NCBI GenBank assembly: GCA_963706575.1
Contig: CAVPNL010000004.1
Location: 96,001 to 160,000 of the forward strand
Direction of reading: 5' to 3'
From: an uncultured delta proteobacterium
GTDB taxonomy: Bacteria; Desulfobacterota; Desulfobacteria; Desulfobacterales; JAHEIW01
Length of the DNA stretch: 64,000 bases
Made by a program: the position numbers and the translations under genes. Shown in pieces: positions 44,646-56,968 of this stretch. Each line of letters opens with the position of its first letter. Within the stretch, counting starts at the first letter, position 1. The notes beneath the pieces were generated by a model that saw nothing but the letters and a program-made list of their open reading frames with translations, did not search any database and was not told the DNA's origin.

Positions 44646-44802
44646 AATTTTATCAGATTATTTGATAATTGACCGACCTGAGTCTTGCCCTGAATCACAC
44701 CCGGGTGCTTTCAGGGTCAAATGCGCTATAGGTCGTCGGAAAACGATGTCGCACCCCTTCTTAAGGGGCAATTCATCTTCAACTTGTAAAAACCTGTCTC
44801 AT

Positions 44803-45096
44803 TTATAAGCTGTACTCATCCAGTTGACGGATCAATCTTTGCGAGCGTTCCGATAAATCTTGGGTAAATTTCGAATAACGGGTTTCCAACTCCAGTTTTT
44901 GATGAGCGATATTCAATGCAGCCAGCATCAGGGTGGTGAAGTCTGATGCCGCCGATGATTCACCGGTTTGCTGGCTTTTAATCCGTGACACTTCCTTGGC
45001 TAACAAATCAGCAACTTCTTTGGCCTCATTCTCATCCGATTCGGCCTTAAACGTGTGTTGCTGCCCAAAAAGCTCTATGGTTACAAGTTGTTCCAA
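44803..45096 (-). CDS. zapA: Cell division protein ZapA
   Basis: VTIELFGQQHTF...LMLAALNIA plus coiled coil; synteny. Confidence 0.85.
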   Translation of the reverse strand: MEQLVTIELFGQQHTFKAESDENEAKEVADLLAKEVSRIKSQQTGESSAASDFTTLMLAALNIAHQKLELETRYSKFTQDLSERSQRLIRQLDEYSL

Positions 45097-45188
45097 TGAA
45101 TATTAATTCTGCCTTTCCTGTTTCTGCTTTCCGTTTTCCGCTTTTTCAAATTTCTACCTGACAGTCATTTTTCCCTTAAGCGTGTGCA

Positions 45189-45428
45189 CTAAATTTCCAT
45201 GTTTTCCTCAATTTTGACCAGCAGGCTATCAATCTTTGACCGGATCAAAGCCTTTTCCTGCGCATAGCTTTTTTCCGCCTCGATCTTACCTAAAAGCTCC
45301 TCCTCTAGGCTTTTAATTTTATTTTGGAGTTCTAAATTGGCAGCCTCGTGTCTTTTACAATTTTCTATCAACCGTGCAACTTTTATCTCGATATCGTTGA
45401 ACTGGTTAGAAATGATTGCATTATCCAA
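45189..45428 (-). CDS. zapB: ZapB-like coiled-coil protein
   Basis: 79-aa coiled coil ending IRSKIDSLL, upstream of zapA. Confidence 0.7.
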   Translation of the reverse strand: MDNAIISNQFNDIEIKVARLIENCKRHEAANLELQNKIKSLEEELLGKIEAEKSYAQEKALIRSKIDSLLVKIEENMEI

Positions 45429-45485
45429 GGCTTAACCTCACGATTATTTTTTCCAATATAATCTGTAATGTTAAAAAAAGTCAAG

Positions 45486-46236
45486 TCATATTAATTCCGG
45501 GTTTTTCATGGCGCACTCGACTTTTTTCAGCTCTTCAATCGTATTGATACCGGTTACCTCAAGATGCTTGCCCGCAACGGCCACGCCGATATGCCTTTTT
45601 TCGTTATACGCGATTTCCACGATATCGGTAAAATATATTTCGCCTTGGGCATTGTCGGATTTAATTTGCGGCACCACCTGCAATAAAAAATCCTTTTTGA
45701 CGCAAAAAATACCGGTATTAATTAGTCGGATGCGCTTTTGCTGCGAGGCTAGCATCGGATTCTTCGACAATGCCCTGAACCCACCTGTTTTCATCCAGCA
45801 GGATGCGGCCGTAACCGGTAGGATCCTCCAGTTCAACCGCCAAAACGGAAATATCTCTTTTTTCATCCGCATGCGATTTTATCAGCGCGCGCACCGTATC
45901 GGATTTTATCAACGGCACATCACCGCACAGAATCACCACTTCCCGGCAGTGATCCGGAATATGCGGCAGGGCGCATTGGACCGCATGGCCGGTACCCAGT
46001 TGCTCCTTCTGATAGGCAAAATTGAAGGCACCCAGTTTTGAAACCGCCCGCCGGACCTTATCCGCCTGGTTGCCCACCACCAGCACCACATTGCTGCCGG
46101 CAATTTTTTTGGCTGTTTCAGCGACATAATTGATCATGGGTTTACCGCAAACCTCGTGTAACACCTTGGCTTTATTTGATTTCATACGGGTCCCCAAACC
46201 CGCCGCCAGTATGACAACCGCGATTTCTAGATTCAT
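45486..46236 (-). CDS. GlmU-type nucleotidyltransferase domain only (~250 aa), one apparent extra base near 45748
   Basis: ILAAGLGTRMKS, QLGTGHAV, GDVPL, PTGYGRI, then in the shifted frame INTG, NAQGEIYFTD and GINT; no beta-helix domain. Confidence 0.8.
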
Positions 46237-46261
46237 AACTATCAGTTTAATCTCAATAAAT

Positions 46262-46296
46262 AAAAAGGGCAAACCCAATTCGCTGGTTTACCCTTG
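46262..46296 (-). terminator. Terminator after atpC
   Basis: Minus strand aagggtaaacc..ggtttgcccttttt. Confidence 0.7.
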
Positions 46297-46331
46297 TTCA
46301 CAAATGCTCGAAACGCTCAATCTAGCTGATT

Positions 46332-46745
46332 CTATCTTAACCCGGCTAGCCGGATGCGCACCGTAGCCCGCTCCAGTGCGCCTCTGGCCCTGGCAAAATC
46401 GACCTCTTTCCGGGAGCGGTCTTCGGCCAGTCGCTTCTCGGCGCGCGCCAGAGCTTCTTTGGCCCGTTCAAGATCAATATCGCTTCTTTTCTCGGCGGAT
46501 TCGGCCAGCACCGTAACTTTATCCGGCAGCGCTTCGGCAAATCCACCGCTCACAAATACGTAATGCTCTTTTCCATTCGCATCGGTATAACGGATAATAC
46601 CGGTTTTAAGGGTGGTTAGAAACGGCGTGTGGCCGCTGAGAACACCAAATTCTCCCAACGACCCCGGAGAGGCCACAATCTGGGCCTCTTCGCTGACGAC
46701 AATCTTTTCGGGAGTCACCACTTCCAGATGAATATTTTCAGCCAT
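46332..46745 (-). CDS. atpC: ATP synthase epsilon
   Basis: LEVVTPE, GEFGVLSGH, VSGGFAE and IDLERA. Confidence 0.95.
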   Translation of the reverse strand: MAENIHLEVVTPEKIVVSEEAQIVASPGSLGEFGVLSGHTPFLTTLKTGIIRYTDANGKEHYVFVSGGFAEALPDKVTVLAESAEKRSDIDLERAKEALARAEKRLAEDRSRKEVDFARARGALERATVRIRLAGLR

Positions 46746-46843
46746 AACAATTCCTTAGCGTTAATTTACTTATAGTATTAGTTCTAATTCCCTTTTTAAA
46801 CCACTCTTCCAGTATTCCAGTTTTCCATCATTCCCAGGATTTT

Positions 46844-48310
<1,467 letters not shown>

Positions 48311-48372
48311 TTATATCCTTTTATTAGACCACCGGATGCTAAGCGGTGGTATGGAATCTTGGAATCTTGACA

Positions 48373-49266
48373 CTATCCTTTAAGCGCTTCGGCGCCACCG
48401 ACAATATCCATTAACTCCGCTGTGATCGCTGCCTGCCGGGCTTTGTTATATATCAGTGTGAGATTTTCAATCATGTCCCTGCAGGCCTTGGTGGCATTGT
48501 CCATCGCCATCATGCGCGCGGCATGCTCGCTGGTCGATGTTTCCAGCAAAGCGCTGTAAATCTGAACATAAACATTTCTGGGCAGCATATCGCCGAGAAG
48601 GGAATCCGTTGAAGGTTCACAAATATGCTCCGGCATATAGTTGCCGGCTGCTTCAGTTTCTTCAGCTTCTTCGGCTACAATCGGTGGAATCGGAAGCAAT
48701 TGCTGTAAAACCGGAAGCTGCCGGGCCATGCTGATAAATTCGGCATAAACCAGATAGACTTCATCGTACGTGCCTTCTAAAAAGGCATCCACCAGGTTTT
48801 TGCCGGCCGTCGCCGCGATACTAAAGCCAAAATTTGCGCCGACAACGCCTAAATACTCGGTGTCTCTCTGCAAGTTTTCCTTGCGGCACCAGTCTCGACC
48901 TTTTTTACCAAAATTGGTAAAAGAAATCTCAATGCCGTCTCCGGCCTTTTCTTTCACAAACCCATCGGCCTTTTCAATTAGATTCGTATTGAATCCGCCG
49001 CAAAGCCCCCGGTCGGAAGTGCACAGAACCAGATGCACCTTTTTGACTTCCTCTTTTGGCACCAGCAAGGGATTGGACTCTTCTCCGGCTCTTTGCGCCA
49101 GGCTACCCAGCACCTCGGAGAACTTGCCGGCATAGGGACGAAACGCTTCCATGCTGGTCTGAGCCCCCCGCAACCGCGAAGCGGCCACCATATTCATGGC
49201 TTTGGTGATCTGTTGGGTCTTTTTTACCGCAGCTATTTTTAACTGGATATCTTTTAAAGTCGCCAT
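48373..49266 (-). CDS. atpG: ATP synthase gamma
   Basis: ITKAMNMVAA, SDRGLCG, SEHAARMMAMDNAT and NKARQAAIT. Confidence 0.97.
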   Translation of the reverse strand: MATLKDIQLKIAAVKKTQQITKAMNMVAASRLRGAQTSMEAFRPYAGKFSEVLGSLAQRAGEESNPLLVPKEEVKKVHLVLCTSDRGLCGGFNTNLIEKADGFVKEKAGDGIEISFTNFGKKGRDWCRKENLQRDTEYLGVVGANFGFSIAATAGKNLVDAFLEGTYDEVYLVYAEFISMARQLPVLQQLLPIPPIVAEEAEETEAAGNYMPEHICEPSTDSLLGDMLPRNVYVQIYSALLETSTSEHAARMMAMDNATKACRDMIENLTLIYNKARQAAITAELMDIVGGAEALKG

Positions 49267-49289
49267 ACCTCTCAGCCTTAGAAATAAAA

Positions 49290-49355
49290 GTTATTCGTTA
49301 TTGGTTATTCGTTATTCGAGCGTTGTTGCCAACTATTAACTGATAACGGATAACA
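49290..49355. repeat. gttattc 7-mer inverted-repeat cassette inside the atp operon
   Basis: gttattcgttattggttattcgttattcg...aactattaactgataacggataac. Confidence 0.7.
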
Positions 49356-49360
49356 AAAAA

Positions 49361-50878
49361 CTACTTAATTGTGTCTTTAAACTCCTCGTCGTAGGCTTCC
49401 AGTGCCTCTCTCATCTGCTTGTCGAGATCGTCGCTAATCTCCTGTTTTTCGGCAAGCCCCGTATAGATGGCGGGATACCGGTCTTCAATAAACGAATACA
49501 GACCGGCTTCATATTTGGCCAGAACATCGATGGGATATTTATCGAGAAAACCCCTGGTGCCGGCATAAAGGATGGTCACCTGTTTTTCCAATGACAGGGG
49601 TTCATACTGGGGCTGCTTTAAGATTTCAACCAGCCGGGCGCCCCGGGTGAGCTGCCTCTGGGTGGCTTTGTCCAGATCGCTGCCGAAAGCCGCAAATGCT
49701 TCCAGTTCGCGATACTGCGCCAGATCCAGCCGCAGCGTTCCGGCGACCTGCTTCATGGCCTTGACCTGTGCGGACCCGCCGACCCGCGATACGGAAAGGC
49801 CGACGTTAATGGCCGGTCGCACACCGGCGAAAAACAGTGCCGGTTCCAGATAAATCTGGCCGTCGGTAATTGAGATAACGTTGGTCGGAATATAGGCGGA
49901 GACGTCACCGGCCTGGGTTTCGATGATCGGCAGGGCGGTCAGGGAACCGGCCCCCAGTTCATCATTGAGTTTGGCGGCCCGCTCAAGCAGGCGGGAGTGA
50001 TTGTAGAAAATGTCGCCGGGATACGCTTCGCGCCCGGGGGGCCGTCGCAGGAGCAATGACACCTGACGATAGGCGGCGGCCTGTTTGGAAAGGTCATCGT
50101 AAATAATCAGCGCATGCTGCTTTCTGTCACGGAAATATTCGCCCATGGCACAGCCTGCGTAAGGGGCGATGTACTGCAGCGTGGCCGGGTCACTGGCACA
50201 GGCCGCTACGATGGTGGTGTATTCCATGGCACCGTGTTTTTCAAGCACCGCATGGACCTGGGCCACGGTGGATTTTTTCTGTCCGCAGGCGACGTATATG
50301 CAAAAAACATCGGTGTCCTTTTGCGCCAGGATCGCGTCAATGGCGCAGGCGGTTTTGCCGATCTGACGGTCGCCGATGATGAGTTCCCGCTGACCCCTTC
50401 CGACCGGCGTCATGGCATCAACTGCTTTAAGGCCGGTATAGCAGGGTTCATGAACACTTTTTCTGGCAATGACACCCGGGGCAACGACTTCCACCCGGCT
50501 ATATTCTTTGGCATCAATCGGGCCTTTGCCGTCCAGCGGTTCTCCCACTGCGGATACCACCCGGCCAAGGACGGCTTCGCCAACCGGCACCTGGGCAATG
50601 CGCCCGGTGCGCTTGACGATGTCGCCCTCTTTAATATGGATGTCTTCCCCCATGACGGCCACACCCACATTGTCCTCTTCAAGATTGAGAACCAGTCCCA
50701 GGATGGCACCGGGAAATTCCACCAGTTCGAGCGCCATGACGTTTTCGAGCCCGTAGATTCTGGCAATGCCATCACCGACCGATAGAACCACACCGGTCTC
50801 ACTGAGCTCAATTTTTTTGTCGTAATCGGCAATCTGCTCTTTGATAATCTGACTTATTTCTTCAGCTTTTAATTCCAT
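49361..50878 (-). CDS. atpA: ATP synthase alpha
   Basis: [29 protein letters not shown] and [10 protein letters not shown]. Confidence 0.98.
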   Translation of the reverse strand: MELKAEEISQIIKEQIADYDKKIELSETGVVLSVGDGIARIYGLENVMALELVEFPGAILGLVLNLEEDNVGVAVMGEDIHIKEGDIVKRTGRIAQVPVGEAVLGRVVSAVGEPLDGKGPIDAKEYSRVEVVAPGVIARKSVHEPCYTGLKAVDAMTPVGRGQRELIIGDRQIGKTACAIDAILAQKDTDVFCIYVACGQKKSTVAQVHAVLEKHGAMEYTTIVAACASDPATLQYIAPYAGCAMGEYFRDRKQHALIIYDDLSKQAAAYRQVSLLLRRPPGREAYPGDIFYNHSRLLERAAKLNDELGAGSLTALPIIETQAGDVSAYIPTNVISITDGQIYLEPALFFAGVRPAINVGLSVSRVGGSAQVKAMKQVAGTLRLDLAQYRELEAFAAFGSDLDKATQRQLTRGARLVEILKQPQYEPLSLEKQVTILYAGTRGFLDKYPIDVLAKYEAGLYSFIEDRYPAIYTGLAEKQEISDDLDKQMREALEAYDEEFKDTIK

Positions 50879-51429
50879 TATACACCCTCACCCCTTTTTA
50901 AAGTTTCTCTCATATTTGATAATTGCGTCTTGATGCTGCCATCCCAGACAAGATCCCCGATCTGGGTCACGATTCCGCCGATCAGTTCAGGATCCTGTTC
51001 AACCTCCAATATGATCTCTTTATTGGTTTTATTGGACAAAGCGGCCCGGATTTTCTCCACCGTATCTTCTGAAAGCGCAGTCGCCGATACCAGGCTGGCC
51101 CGGGCAATACCCTTAAGTTCGTCGGCCAGCTTCTGGTAGAATTGATCGATACTGCCGAGAAACCCGATTCTTCCCTTATCAAAAAGCAATAAAAGAAATG
51201 ATTTCATCGTCTTGGAAATATCCAAATTATCAATGACCGCCTGCAGAACGTTTCTGCGGCTCGAGCTCTCATACAGGGGGTTTGTAATCGCCTGATTCAG
51301 CGCATCCTCCCGCTCCATCAAATCGGCAAATCCGCTGAGTTCCTTTCGATAGGAATCGGTTTGACCGTCTTCTTTGCCGATGAGCAAAAGTGCCTTGGCA
51401 TAGCGCCGGGCGACCGCTAAATTTTTCAT
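50878..51429 (-). CDS. atpH: ATP synthase delta
   Basis: [16 protein letters not shown] and DGSIKTQL. Confidence 0.95.
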   Translation of the reverse strand: MKNLAVARRYAKALLLIGKEDGQTDSYRKELSGFADLMEREDALNQAITNPLYESSSRRNVLQAVIDNLDISKTMKSFLLLLFDKGRIGFLGSIDQFYQKLADELKGIARASLVSATALSEDTVEKIRAALSNKTNKEIILEVEQDPELIGGIVTQIGDLVWDGSIKTQLSNMRETLKRGEGV

Positions 51430-52044
51430 TATGCCACCACCTTGTCTAAATATTCGTCAACGAGTTTATCCTGATCCTGGGCCGTGATCGCCTTTTTTAG
51501 CGTTTCTTCCGCTTTTACCAGTGATTTTTCAACAACCTCACGCTGCAACTCCTGCCGGGCTTTACCAAACTCGTGCTCGATGTTGCGTCGCGCCTGGACC
51601 TGAAGTTTTTCTGCAGTCGCCTCCGCTTCTTTTAAAATTTTCGCTTTGGCTTCATTGCCCTGCTTGATATAGCCTTCGACAATTTTTTCGGCTTCGCTCT
51701 CCAGCTGGGATAATTTCTCGTTGTATTGGGCCAGCTGTTTTTCGGCTTCGGCCTTCTGGGCCTCCAGACTCTCCAGCTGTTCCCGTATATCTTTGATGCG
51801 CGAGCTCAGGGCCTGGGAAATCGGTTTGCGCAGTATAAATATGAGGGCAACCACCAGAACGACAAAATTCATTACCCGCCAGGTATCCGTCGCAACCCAG
51901 CCCTTTGTTCCGCCCTCACCGCCGGATGCCCCCAGGGCGTTTCCGGCCCCCATGGATAACAACAAAAGCACAAACAGCAACACCGACGACAATCACCCGG
52001 GCTCTTTGATGGTCGGACCACCGCCTAAAACCGGGAATTCCCAT
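51429..52044 (-). CDS. atpF: ATP synthase subunit b (likely start ATG 52044, one apparent frameshift in the 5' extension; intact ORF 51429-51992)
   Basis: WRVMNFVVL TM segment then coiled coil ending QDKLVDEYL; ATG overlaps the upstream stop but is out of frame with the main ORF. Confidence 0.85.
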
Positions 52045-52598
52045 TATACCGTCCTCCCTAATATTTTTTGACAGATGTCACTGGAAAATTCATCCACTTT
52101 TGCTTGCAACGCGTCTTTGGCGGTTTCCGCTTCCCGGGAAATCTTATCACGGATATCCGCTAATTCCGCCTGGGCCTTTTCGTTCACCTTGGCGATGATC
52201 TCTTTTTCTTCTTCAGCAGCGGCTTGCAGCAGTGCTTCTTTTTCATTCAGGCCCTTGGCCCGAGCCTCTTTGATACCCGCTGCAAAGGCCGTGTCTTTTT
52301 CCAGGGCATCTTCATTATAGGTTTCGATACGTCATCCTCGAGCCCGTCGATTTTTTCTTTTCTTTGACGCAGAATATTGCGAATCGGTCGATATAAGATA
52401 AGGTTTAAAATCCAGAGGATGATGAGAAAATTGATAATTTGAATGCCTACGGTCCAGTCCGGCATAACGGTAACCCCGCCGCTACTTTTCGATTCTCCCG
52501 ATGAACCCAGGGCCAAGGATGTCGCCAACAGCAGCATACTCGATCAGGATTACCAGGCCGATAACCGGAAATTTACGGTACCTACCAAAAACCTTCAT
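52044..52598 (-). CDS. ATP synthase subunit b' (apparent frameshifts near 52540 and 52330)
   Basis: GGAGG plus ATG 52598; PDWTVGIQIINFLIILWILNLILYRPIRNIL continues after a shift as ETYNEDALEK...ICQKILGRTV*. Confidence 0.85.
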
Positions 52599-53142
52599 GC
52601 AGAAAACCTCCGTCGAAGAATTTTTGCGCAACTGACCTAAATAGTTTAAAAATGGTAAAAGGATGGTTTGGCTCGGGCGGTCTATACCATCCGCACCAAC
52701 CCGTTGTCAAAGGATTTTTTGAAAATTTTATCGGTGCTTGGGAAGCTCTGAAACGGAAGGAATATTTGACTGGAACCGCCGGTTTTTCTATCGGAACCGT
52801 TTTCGTTTTCATGCTGCAATTGCCGGTAAAAACGCCGCCGGGCTCTATCGAAATGACCCCGGCCTCGATATCGCCGTCTACCCGACCGGGAGGATACACT
52901 TCGACCCGTTTTTTGGCATCGATGGTGCCGGTGACTTCCCCCATGACGATGATGGAATCCACACGGATATCCGCATGAATCACCGCTTTTTCTCCGACAA
53001 TTAACGTGCCGCCGTTGCTCAAAATTTTGCCTTTCACCCGGCCGTCCAGCCGGATGGTGCCCTTAAACTCAATCGTTCCTTCGATACGGGAATCCGCGCC
53101 TAAAAATGTTGATATTGAACCGATATTTTTTTCGTTTCTCAT
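52582..53142 (-). CDS. Bactofilin (polymer-forming cytoskeletal protein); true stop probably near 52728
   Basis: TFLG..SRIEGTIEF.GTIRLDG, IVGEKAVIHADI and IEPGGVFTGNCSM; the ORF tail runs through the atp promoter, suggesting an indel. Confidence 0.85.
   Translation of the reverse strand: MRNEKNIGSISTFLGADSRIEGTIEFKGTIRLDGRVKGKILSNGGTLIVGEKAVIHADIRVDSIIVMGEVTGTIDAKKRVEVYPPGRVDGDIEAGVISIEPGGVFTGNCSMKTKTVPIEKPAVPVKYSFRFRASQAPIKFSKNPLTTGWCGWYRPPEPNHPFTIFKLFRSVAQKFFDGGFLHEGFW
52681..52710 (-). promoter_or_regulatory. Putative atp promoter
   Basis: TTGACA-18-TATAGA with an extended -10 TG. Confidence 0.55.
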
Positions 53143-53250
53143 ATGTTGATTTTACCTCCCGGAGCCAAGCCCCGCCCCTGTAATCCTTGCCCATCGTGAC
53201 TATTTCTTATTGTCCAGTGCCCGATATCTCCCAAGAAGTGGTTTAAAATT

Positions 53251-54354
53251 CTAATCGAGCATAAACCGTCGCATACTTACATTTAGCAACAGGCCAATAC
53301 TGATGGCGGTGGTTAATACCGAAGATCCGCCGTAGCTGACAAATGGCAGCGGCACGCCCACCACCGGCAACAGTCCCATCGACATGCCAATATTGATGAA
53401 GGCCTGCCAGAAAATCATCGCCGTAACCCCTACGGCCACGATGGTACCGAAAGGTTCCCGGCATCCATGCGCCACGTTCAACCCCCAGATGATCAGGATC
53501 AGAAATAAAAGTACCAGGGTGATCGATCCGAGAAATCCCCATTCTTCTGCCAGAACCGAAAAAATAAAATCGGTGTGTTCCTCGGGTAGAAATGAAAGTG
53601 CGTTTTGGGTGCCTTTTAAGTACCCTTTACCGCTGAGCATTCCGGAACCGATCGCAATTTTAGACTGAATAATGTGATATCCGGCCCCCAGTGGATCCAG
53701 ATCCGGATTCAAAAAGACGAGAATCCGTTTTTTCTGATATTCTTTTAAAAAGAACCATATCAGCGGGACCAGTACCGCTCCGGAAGCAAACAAATAGGCA
53801 AAAGAGCGTCTTTCAATTTTAACAAAAACCGTAATAGAACCGGCGATCAAAACCACCAGCCCGGCCGTACCCAGATCCGGCTGCATACCGATTAAAAGAA
53901 CCGGCAGCATGATAATCATTGCGGGCCGGACCAATTCGCGCAGGGTGAATCCTCTGGTTTTGGCATCCTTGGAGTAGTAGCGCGCCAAGGCGAGAATGAC
54001 TGCTATTTTAACGAGCTCAGACGGCTGAAACGATACCGGACCGATGATCAACCACCTTCTGGACCCGCCAACATATTTACCGGAAAATAAAACGACTATC
54101 AATAAAGCAATGCTGGCAAAGTAGATGGGCTGCGACCAGCGATCCAAAATTTTATAATTGAAAAGAAACGTGACCACCATGGCAACCAGACCGACGGAAA
54201 ACCACAACAGCTGCTTATAGAACAGCACCTTTTGGGGCGTCGGGGTCTCCGCCGTCACGGCGCTGTATAACGTGATCAGACCAATACATCCAATTAGGAT
54301 GGCCACTCCCATCAAACCCCAATCAAAATATTGTACCAACCGTCGATCAAACAT
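53251..54354 (-). CDS. rodA: Rod shape-determining protein RodA
   Basis: GSRRWL, FQPSE, QPDLGT, GYHIIQSKIAIGSG, PEEHTDFIF and PFVSYGGSS. Confidence 0.96.
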   Translation of the reverse strand: MFDRRLVQYFDWGLMGVAILIGCIGLITLYSAVTAETPTPQKVLFYKQLLWFSVGLVAMVVTFLFNYKILDRWSQPIYFASIALLIVVLFSGKYVGGSRRWLIIGPVSFQPSELVKIAVILALARYYSKDAKTRGFTLRELVRPAMIIMLPVLLIGMQPDLGTAGLVVLIAGSITVFVKIERRSFAYLFASGAVLVPLIWFFLKEYQKKRILVFLNPDLDPLGAGYHIIQSKIAIGSGMLSGKGYLKGTQNALSFLPEEHTDFIFSVLAEEWGFLGSITLVLLFLILIIWGLNVAHGCREPFGTIVAVGVTAMIFWQAFINIGMSMGLLPVVGVPLPFVSYGGSSVLTTAISIGLLLNVSMRRFMLD

Positions 54355-54376
54355 TTGTTGTCTCACTCCCGCTTCG

Positions 54377-54555
54377 GGATCAGGTTTCAGGTGTCAATCA
54401 AAGGTCTCAGGGATTCAAGTATCTGTTGGATTAGTTTTATTTGTTTCATTGGTTGAATTAGTTGGATTAGTTGGATTCACCCGAACCAATTGAACCCATT
54501 AGACCCATCAAACCAATTAAACAGATAGTACACCTGAACATACGCTTGAAACCTA
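54377..54555. repeat. Nested cassette: caggt(t/g)t 7-mer arms enclosing aaccaatt 9-mer inverted arrays
   Basis: tcaggtttcaggtgtc...ttggttgaattagttggattagttgg / aaccaattgaacccattagacccatcaaaccaattaaac...cacctgaac..tgaaacct. Confidence 0.8.
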
Positions 54556-54574
54556 AATATAGGTTTATAATGGC

Positions 54575-56452
54575 TTAACCACCGCCGCCGGTGTTGCTCA
54601 CATCGTTTTGCGTCGCCACCTGTGCACCGGCAGGCGGCTTGCGCAGGTAGGTCTTAATCATTTCCCGGGCAATCGGTGCTGCCGCTCCGGAACCGTGCTC
54701 CCCATGTTCAACGACTACCGCAACCGCAATCGTCGGTTGTTCAGACGGTGCATATGCCACAAACCATGCGTGGGCTCTTAGATGGATCGGCATATCTTCT
54801 TCCGCCAGCGTTTCGTCCTCTTTGCGGCTAACCACCTGAGAAGTACCGGTCTTGCCGCTGAGATCGATATCCGCCAGACGGCTGCCGCGGGCGGTTCCTT
54901 TCTCACCGTTGACCACTTTCCACAGGCCCAGTTTGACGCGGTCAAGATTGGCCGGGGAGATTGGCAGTTTCCCCGTCAACCGAGGTTCATTCTTTTGCAG
55001 AACCTCTCCGTCCGCTGATTGAATACGGTCCAAAATCATCGGCTGATATCGATTGCCTCCATTGGCGACCGCAGCTGCCAAAACCGCCATTTGCAGCGGG
55101 GTTGCCAGATTAAATCCCTGGCCGATGGCAACTGACAGGGTTTCGCCTTTCTGCCAGGGTATACCGGTGCGCTTTTGTTTCCAGGCAGCTGTGGGAATCA
55201 ACCCATGGGCTTCCTGATCCAAAAATATGCCCGTCGGGGATCCCAGACCGAAGGCTTTGGCATACCAGGCCAGCCGATCCACCCCGAGGCGATCGCCGAC
55301 CTGATAAAAAAATACATCACATGATTCTTCCACAGCCTTGATGATATCGACTTTCCCATGCCCCCCCTTTAGCCAGCAGCGGTAGACCCGATTGCCGAAT
55401 CGATAATACCCGGGACAGTTCAATATGGTCTGATCATCGATGACCCCTTCTTCAAGCCCGGCGAGGGCTGTGATTATTTTGTAAGTCGATCCGGGCGGAT
55501 ATTCTCCCTGGATGGCACGGTTTGACATCGGTCTGAATGGATTGGAAACCAGCGAATCCCATTGTTCGTGCGTGATACCACCGACAAAAAAATTTTGATC
55601 AAACGAGGGACTGCTGGCCAGCGCCAAAATCTGACCGGTATCCGGTTCGATAGCGACGGCCGCACCGACCACGCCTTCCAGCAGCGTTTCGGTGCGGTGC
55701 TGCAACTGTTGATCGGTCGTCAAGTAAACATTTTGTCCCGGTTGCGCTTCAACGGTTTTTAAAATCCTCATAACTAGCCCGTTGGCGTTGACCTCAACCT
55801 GCCGGCCGCCCCGTTTTCCCCTCAAGAGATTTTCATAACCCTTTTCAGCGCCGAACTTGCCGATGAGGTCACCGCTGCGGCAATCCGGATACGAACCGCT
55901 CTTGAGCTCTGTGGGGCTGATTTCGCTCAGGTAGCCGATGAGATGTGCGGCCATGCGTTCATGAATATAATGCCGCCGCAAATTGACATCCACCGAAACC
56001 CCCGGCAGGTCAAATTTATTCACCTCTATGGCCGCCAGGGTATCGCGCCCCACATCCTGTTTGAGCAAACGCGGCTTGTAAGCCGATGCGCCTTTTGTTT
56101 GCTTTATTTGAGATAACAGCAGGTCCGCAGGAGTTTGCAGATGCTGCGACAATTTTTCGAGCGTAAGCTGCAGCGGTGCCGCGTCTTTTATGGTAATGTT
56201 CACATCGAATGAGGGTCGGTTATCCACCAGTAGATCACCGTTGCGGTCATAGATCCGACCTCTGGGAGGATCGATATTTTGCAGCCGGATGCTATTATTT
56301 AACGATAGTCGTCGGAACTCATCACCCATGATCGCCTGCAGATAAATTAGCCGTATGAAAAGCATCACAAAGGCCGCCAGTGCGCATGCTATCACACCGG
56401 TAATGCGCTGTTTGTACCAATCGGAATCGGCTGTTTTTAAATATCTATCCAT
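54575..56452 (-). CDS. mrdA: Penicillin-binding protein 2
   Basis: PPRGRIYDRNG, YPPGSTYK (SxxK), SCD and KTGT. Confidence 0.96.
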   Translation of the reverse strand: MDRYLKTADSDWYKQRITGVIACALAAFVMLFIRLIYLQAIMGDEFRRLSLNNSIRLQNIDPPRGRIYDRNGDLLVDNRPSFDVNITIKDAAPLQLTLEKLSQHLQTPADLLLSQIKQTKGASAYKPRLLKQDVGRDTLAAIEVNKFDLPGVSVDVNLRRHYIHERMAAHLIGYLSEISPTELKSGSYPDCRSGDLIGKFGAEKGYENLLRGKRGGRQVEVNANGLVMRILKTVEAQPGQNVYLTTDQQLQHRTETLLEGVVGAAVAIEPDTGQILALASSPSFDQNFFVGGITHEQWDSLVSNPFRPMSNRAIQGEYPPGSTYKIITALAGLEEGVIDDQTILNCPGYYRFGNRVYRCWLKGGHGKVDIIKAVEESCDVFFYQVGDRLGVDRLAWYAKAFGLGSPTGIFLDQEAHGLIPTAAWKQKRTGIPWQKGETLSVAIGQGFNLATPLQMAVLAAAVANGGNRYQPMILDRIQSADGEVLQKNEPRLTGKLPISPANLDRVKLGLWKVVNGEKGTARGSRLADIDLSGKTGTSQVVSRKEDETLAEEDMPIHLRAHAWFVAYAPSEQPTIAVAVVVEHGEHGSGAAAPIAREMIKTYLRKPPAGAQVATQNDVSNTGGGG

Positions 56453-56461
56453 AAGCCTTGG

Positions 56462-56968
56462 CTAGGGTGCGGCTCCATTTAATTGAATATTAAAGCGTTT
56501 GGATATCGCTAGCAGGCAAAATAAAAATAGCGGGCCGGTCATCAACGCCCACAAAAACTGCACGCTAATATTTTTAAGAGCGGCTGCCGGAATTTGCCAA
56601 CCCGGCCCCAAGAACCCAAAGGTCCCGACAATCAACACATTCTGGATCAATACCGCAACGACAACGACCAATGATAAGAATAATTTATTGCTGACCCGCA
56701 AAAATTTTAAAATCCAGCGCACCCCCACAAACAACCAGAAATAAAACGTCAGGTAAAGCCCAAATGGGCTTCCGGAAAGATTATCCATAATCAACCCGAG
56801 GATTAAAATAAACGGCAAGCTTTCGCGCAGAGGCAGGCAAATGCTGATAAAAATGACAAAGGGAATGAGAAGATCGTACATTCCGGCGAATACATTAAAA
56901 TAGGCTAAAAGGGTGGTTTGAACGATGATCAAAAAAAGGCAGGTGCCGATATAAAAACCATATCTCAT
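56462..56968 (-). CDS. mreD: Rod shape-determining protein MreD
   Basis: Hydrophobic protein with GLIMDNLSGSPFG, between mreC and mrdA. Confidence 0.85.
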   Translation of the reverse strand: MRYGFYIGTCLFLIIVQTTLLAYFNVFAGMYDLLIPFVIFISICLPLRESLPFILILGLIMDNLSGSPFGLYLTFYFWLFVGVRWILKFLRVSNKLFLSLVVVVAVLIQNVLIVGTFGFLGPGWQIPAAALKNISVQFLWALMTGPLFLFCLLAISKRFNIQLNGAAP

